A stretch of 64,000 bases of DNA from a virus (Duplodnaviria; Caudoviricetes). Position numbers and translations under genes: made by a program. The notes under the pieces were generated by a model that was not told the DNA's origin, ran no database searches, and saw only the letters and a program-made list of their open reading frames with translations. This document shows positions 63,619 to 64,000 of the stretch, one piece after another. The number at the start of each line of letters is the position of its first letter. Position 1 is the stretch's first letter. The stretch is taken from IMG/VR virus record IMGVR_UViG_3300048549_001527; one strand, given 5' to 3'.

Positions 63619-63965
63619 TAGGATCTCCGCATTTGTGCTGCGTCAACCATTGCTTTTTTGTTGTCCTTGCGAACTGGCATAAGGTTGGATTTATGAGTAG
63701 TTACAATGCCTGCAATTTCATTACCAGTGTATTTCATTTGTTCTTTCATAGAGCCATTACCAGCAACACGATCAGAGGTTACTCGAGGTCCTGTATTATA
63801 ATTGGGTAGCTCATAACGGTAATCTTGTTTCTTACCAGTATACCCTACGCGTGCTAGAAACGCCTCGTGTTCAGCCTCTGCAGCTTGCAACCGTTTGCTT
63901 TTATTTTTAATTTTACGTTTTTTAGTATTAAGGGAACTCATCCCTCGCACAAGATGCATAGTCAT
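63618..63965 (-). CDS. Basic hypothetical protein
   Basis: MTMHL.RG...LNT.KRK; GI.T.HKSN..PV; GAGG SD. Confidence 0.7.
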   Translation of the reverse strand: MTMHLVRGMSSLNTKKRKIKNKSKRLQAAEAEHEAFLARVGYTGKKQDYRYELPNYNTGPRVTSDRVAGNGSMKEQMKYTGNEIAGIVTTHKSNLMPVRKDNKKAMVDAAQMRRS

Positions 63966-63967
63966 TA

Positions 63968-64000
63968 CTATACCTCTACAAACATAGTTTTAAGTTCTTC
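63968..64000 (-). CDS. 3' end of a gene truncated by the window edge (…EELKTMFVEV*)
   Basis: Open frame from 64000 to a TAG at 63968. Confidence 0.35.
   Translation of the reverse strand, partial: EELKTMFVEV

Noticed and set aside
1-64000. CRISPR array, tRNA or rRNA genes
   Set aside because: No equal-length repeat-spacer array, and no intergenic gap with a cloverleaf or T-loop consensus; gaps are short and explained by promoters and terminators

Overview
A 64-kb piece of a large T4-like (myovirus) phage genome, probably marine and probably infecting an alphaproteobacterium. The host inference rests on a DUF2312/GapR homologue and GANTC-bearing promoters. Bases 1-50,772 (+ strand) are the late structural region: about 33 kb of giant modular fibre/appendage genes (a >3,200-aa repeat protein truncated by the window edge, two collagen fibres, a 3,200-aa long fibre, two S74 chaperone domains), a three-gene sugar-modification cluster, then gp13-14-15, an inserted fibre plus chaperone, and gp16-17-18-19-20, head core genes, gp21-22-23. 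These are punctuated by T4-type late promoters (TATAAATA) and end in a strong terminator. Bases 50,853-64,000 (- strand) are a convergent early/middle block: GapR, APS-kinase-like and HxGH nucleotidyltransferase, DUF932, DenV-like, exonuclease, PAAR, PhoH, FmdB, HAD nucleotidase, RNase H, glycosyltransferase, dNMP kinase and GIY-YIG nuclease. Seven near-consensus sigma70 promoters lie in this block. The most striking unexplained signal is that six of the seven promoters or their leaders carry TGATTC (9 copies in total), a GANTC site of the form bound by GcrA after CcrM methylation. This suggests methylation-sensitive control of phage early transcription. All family assignments are by eye from motifs; no database searches were run.
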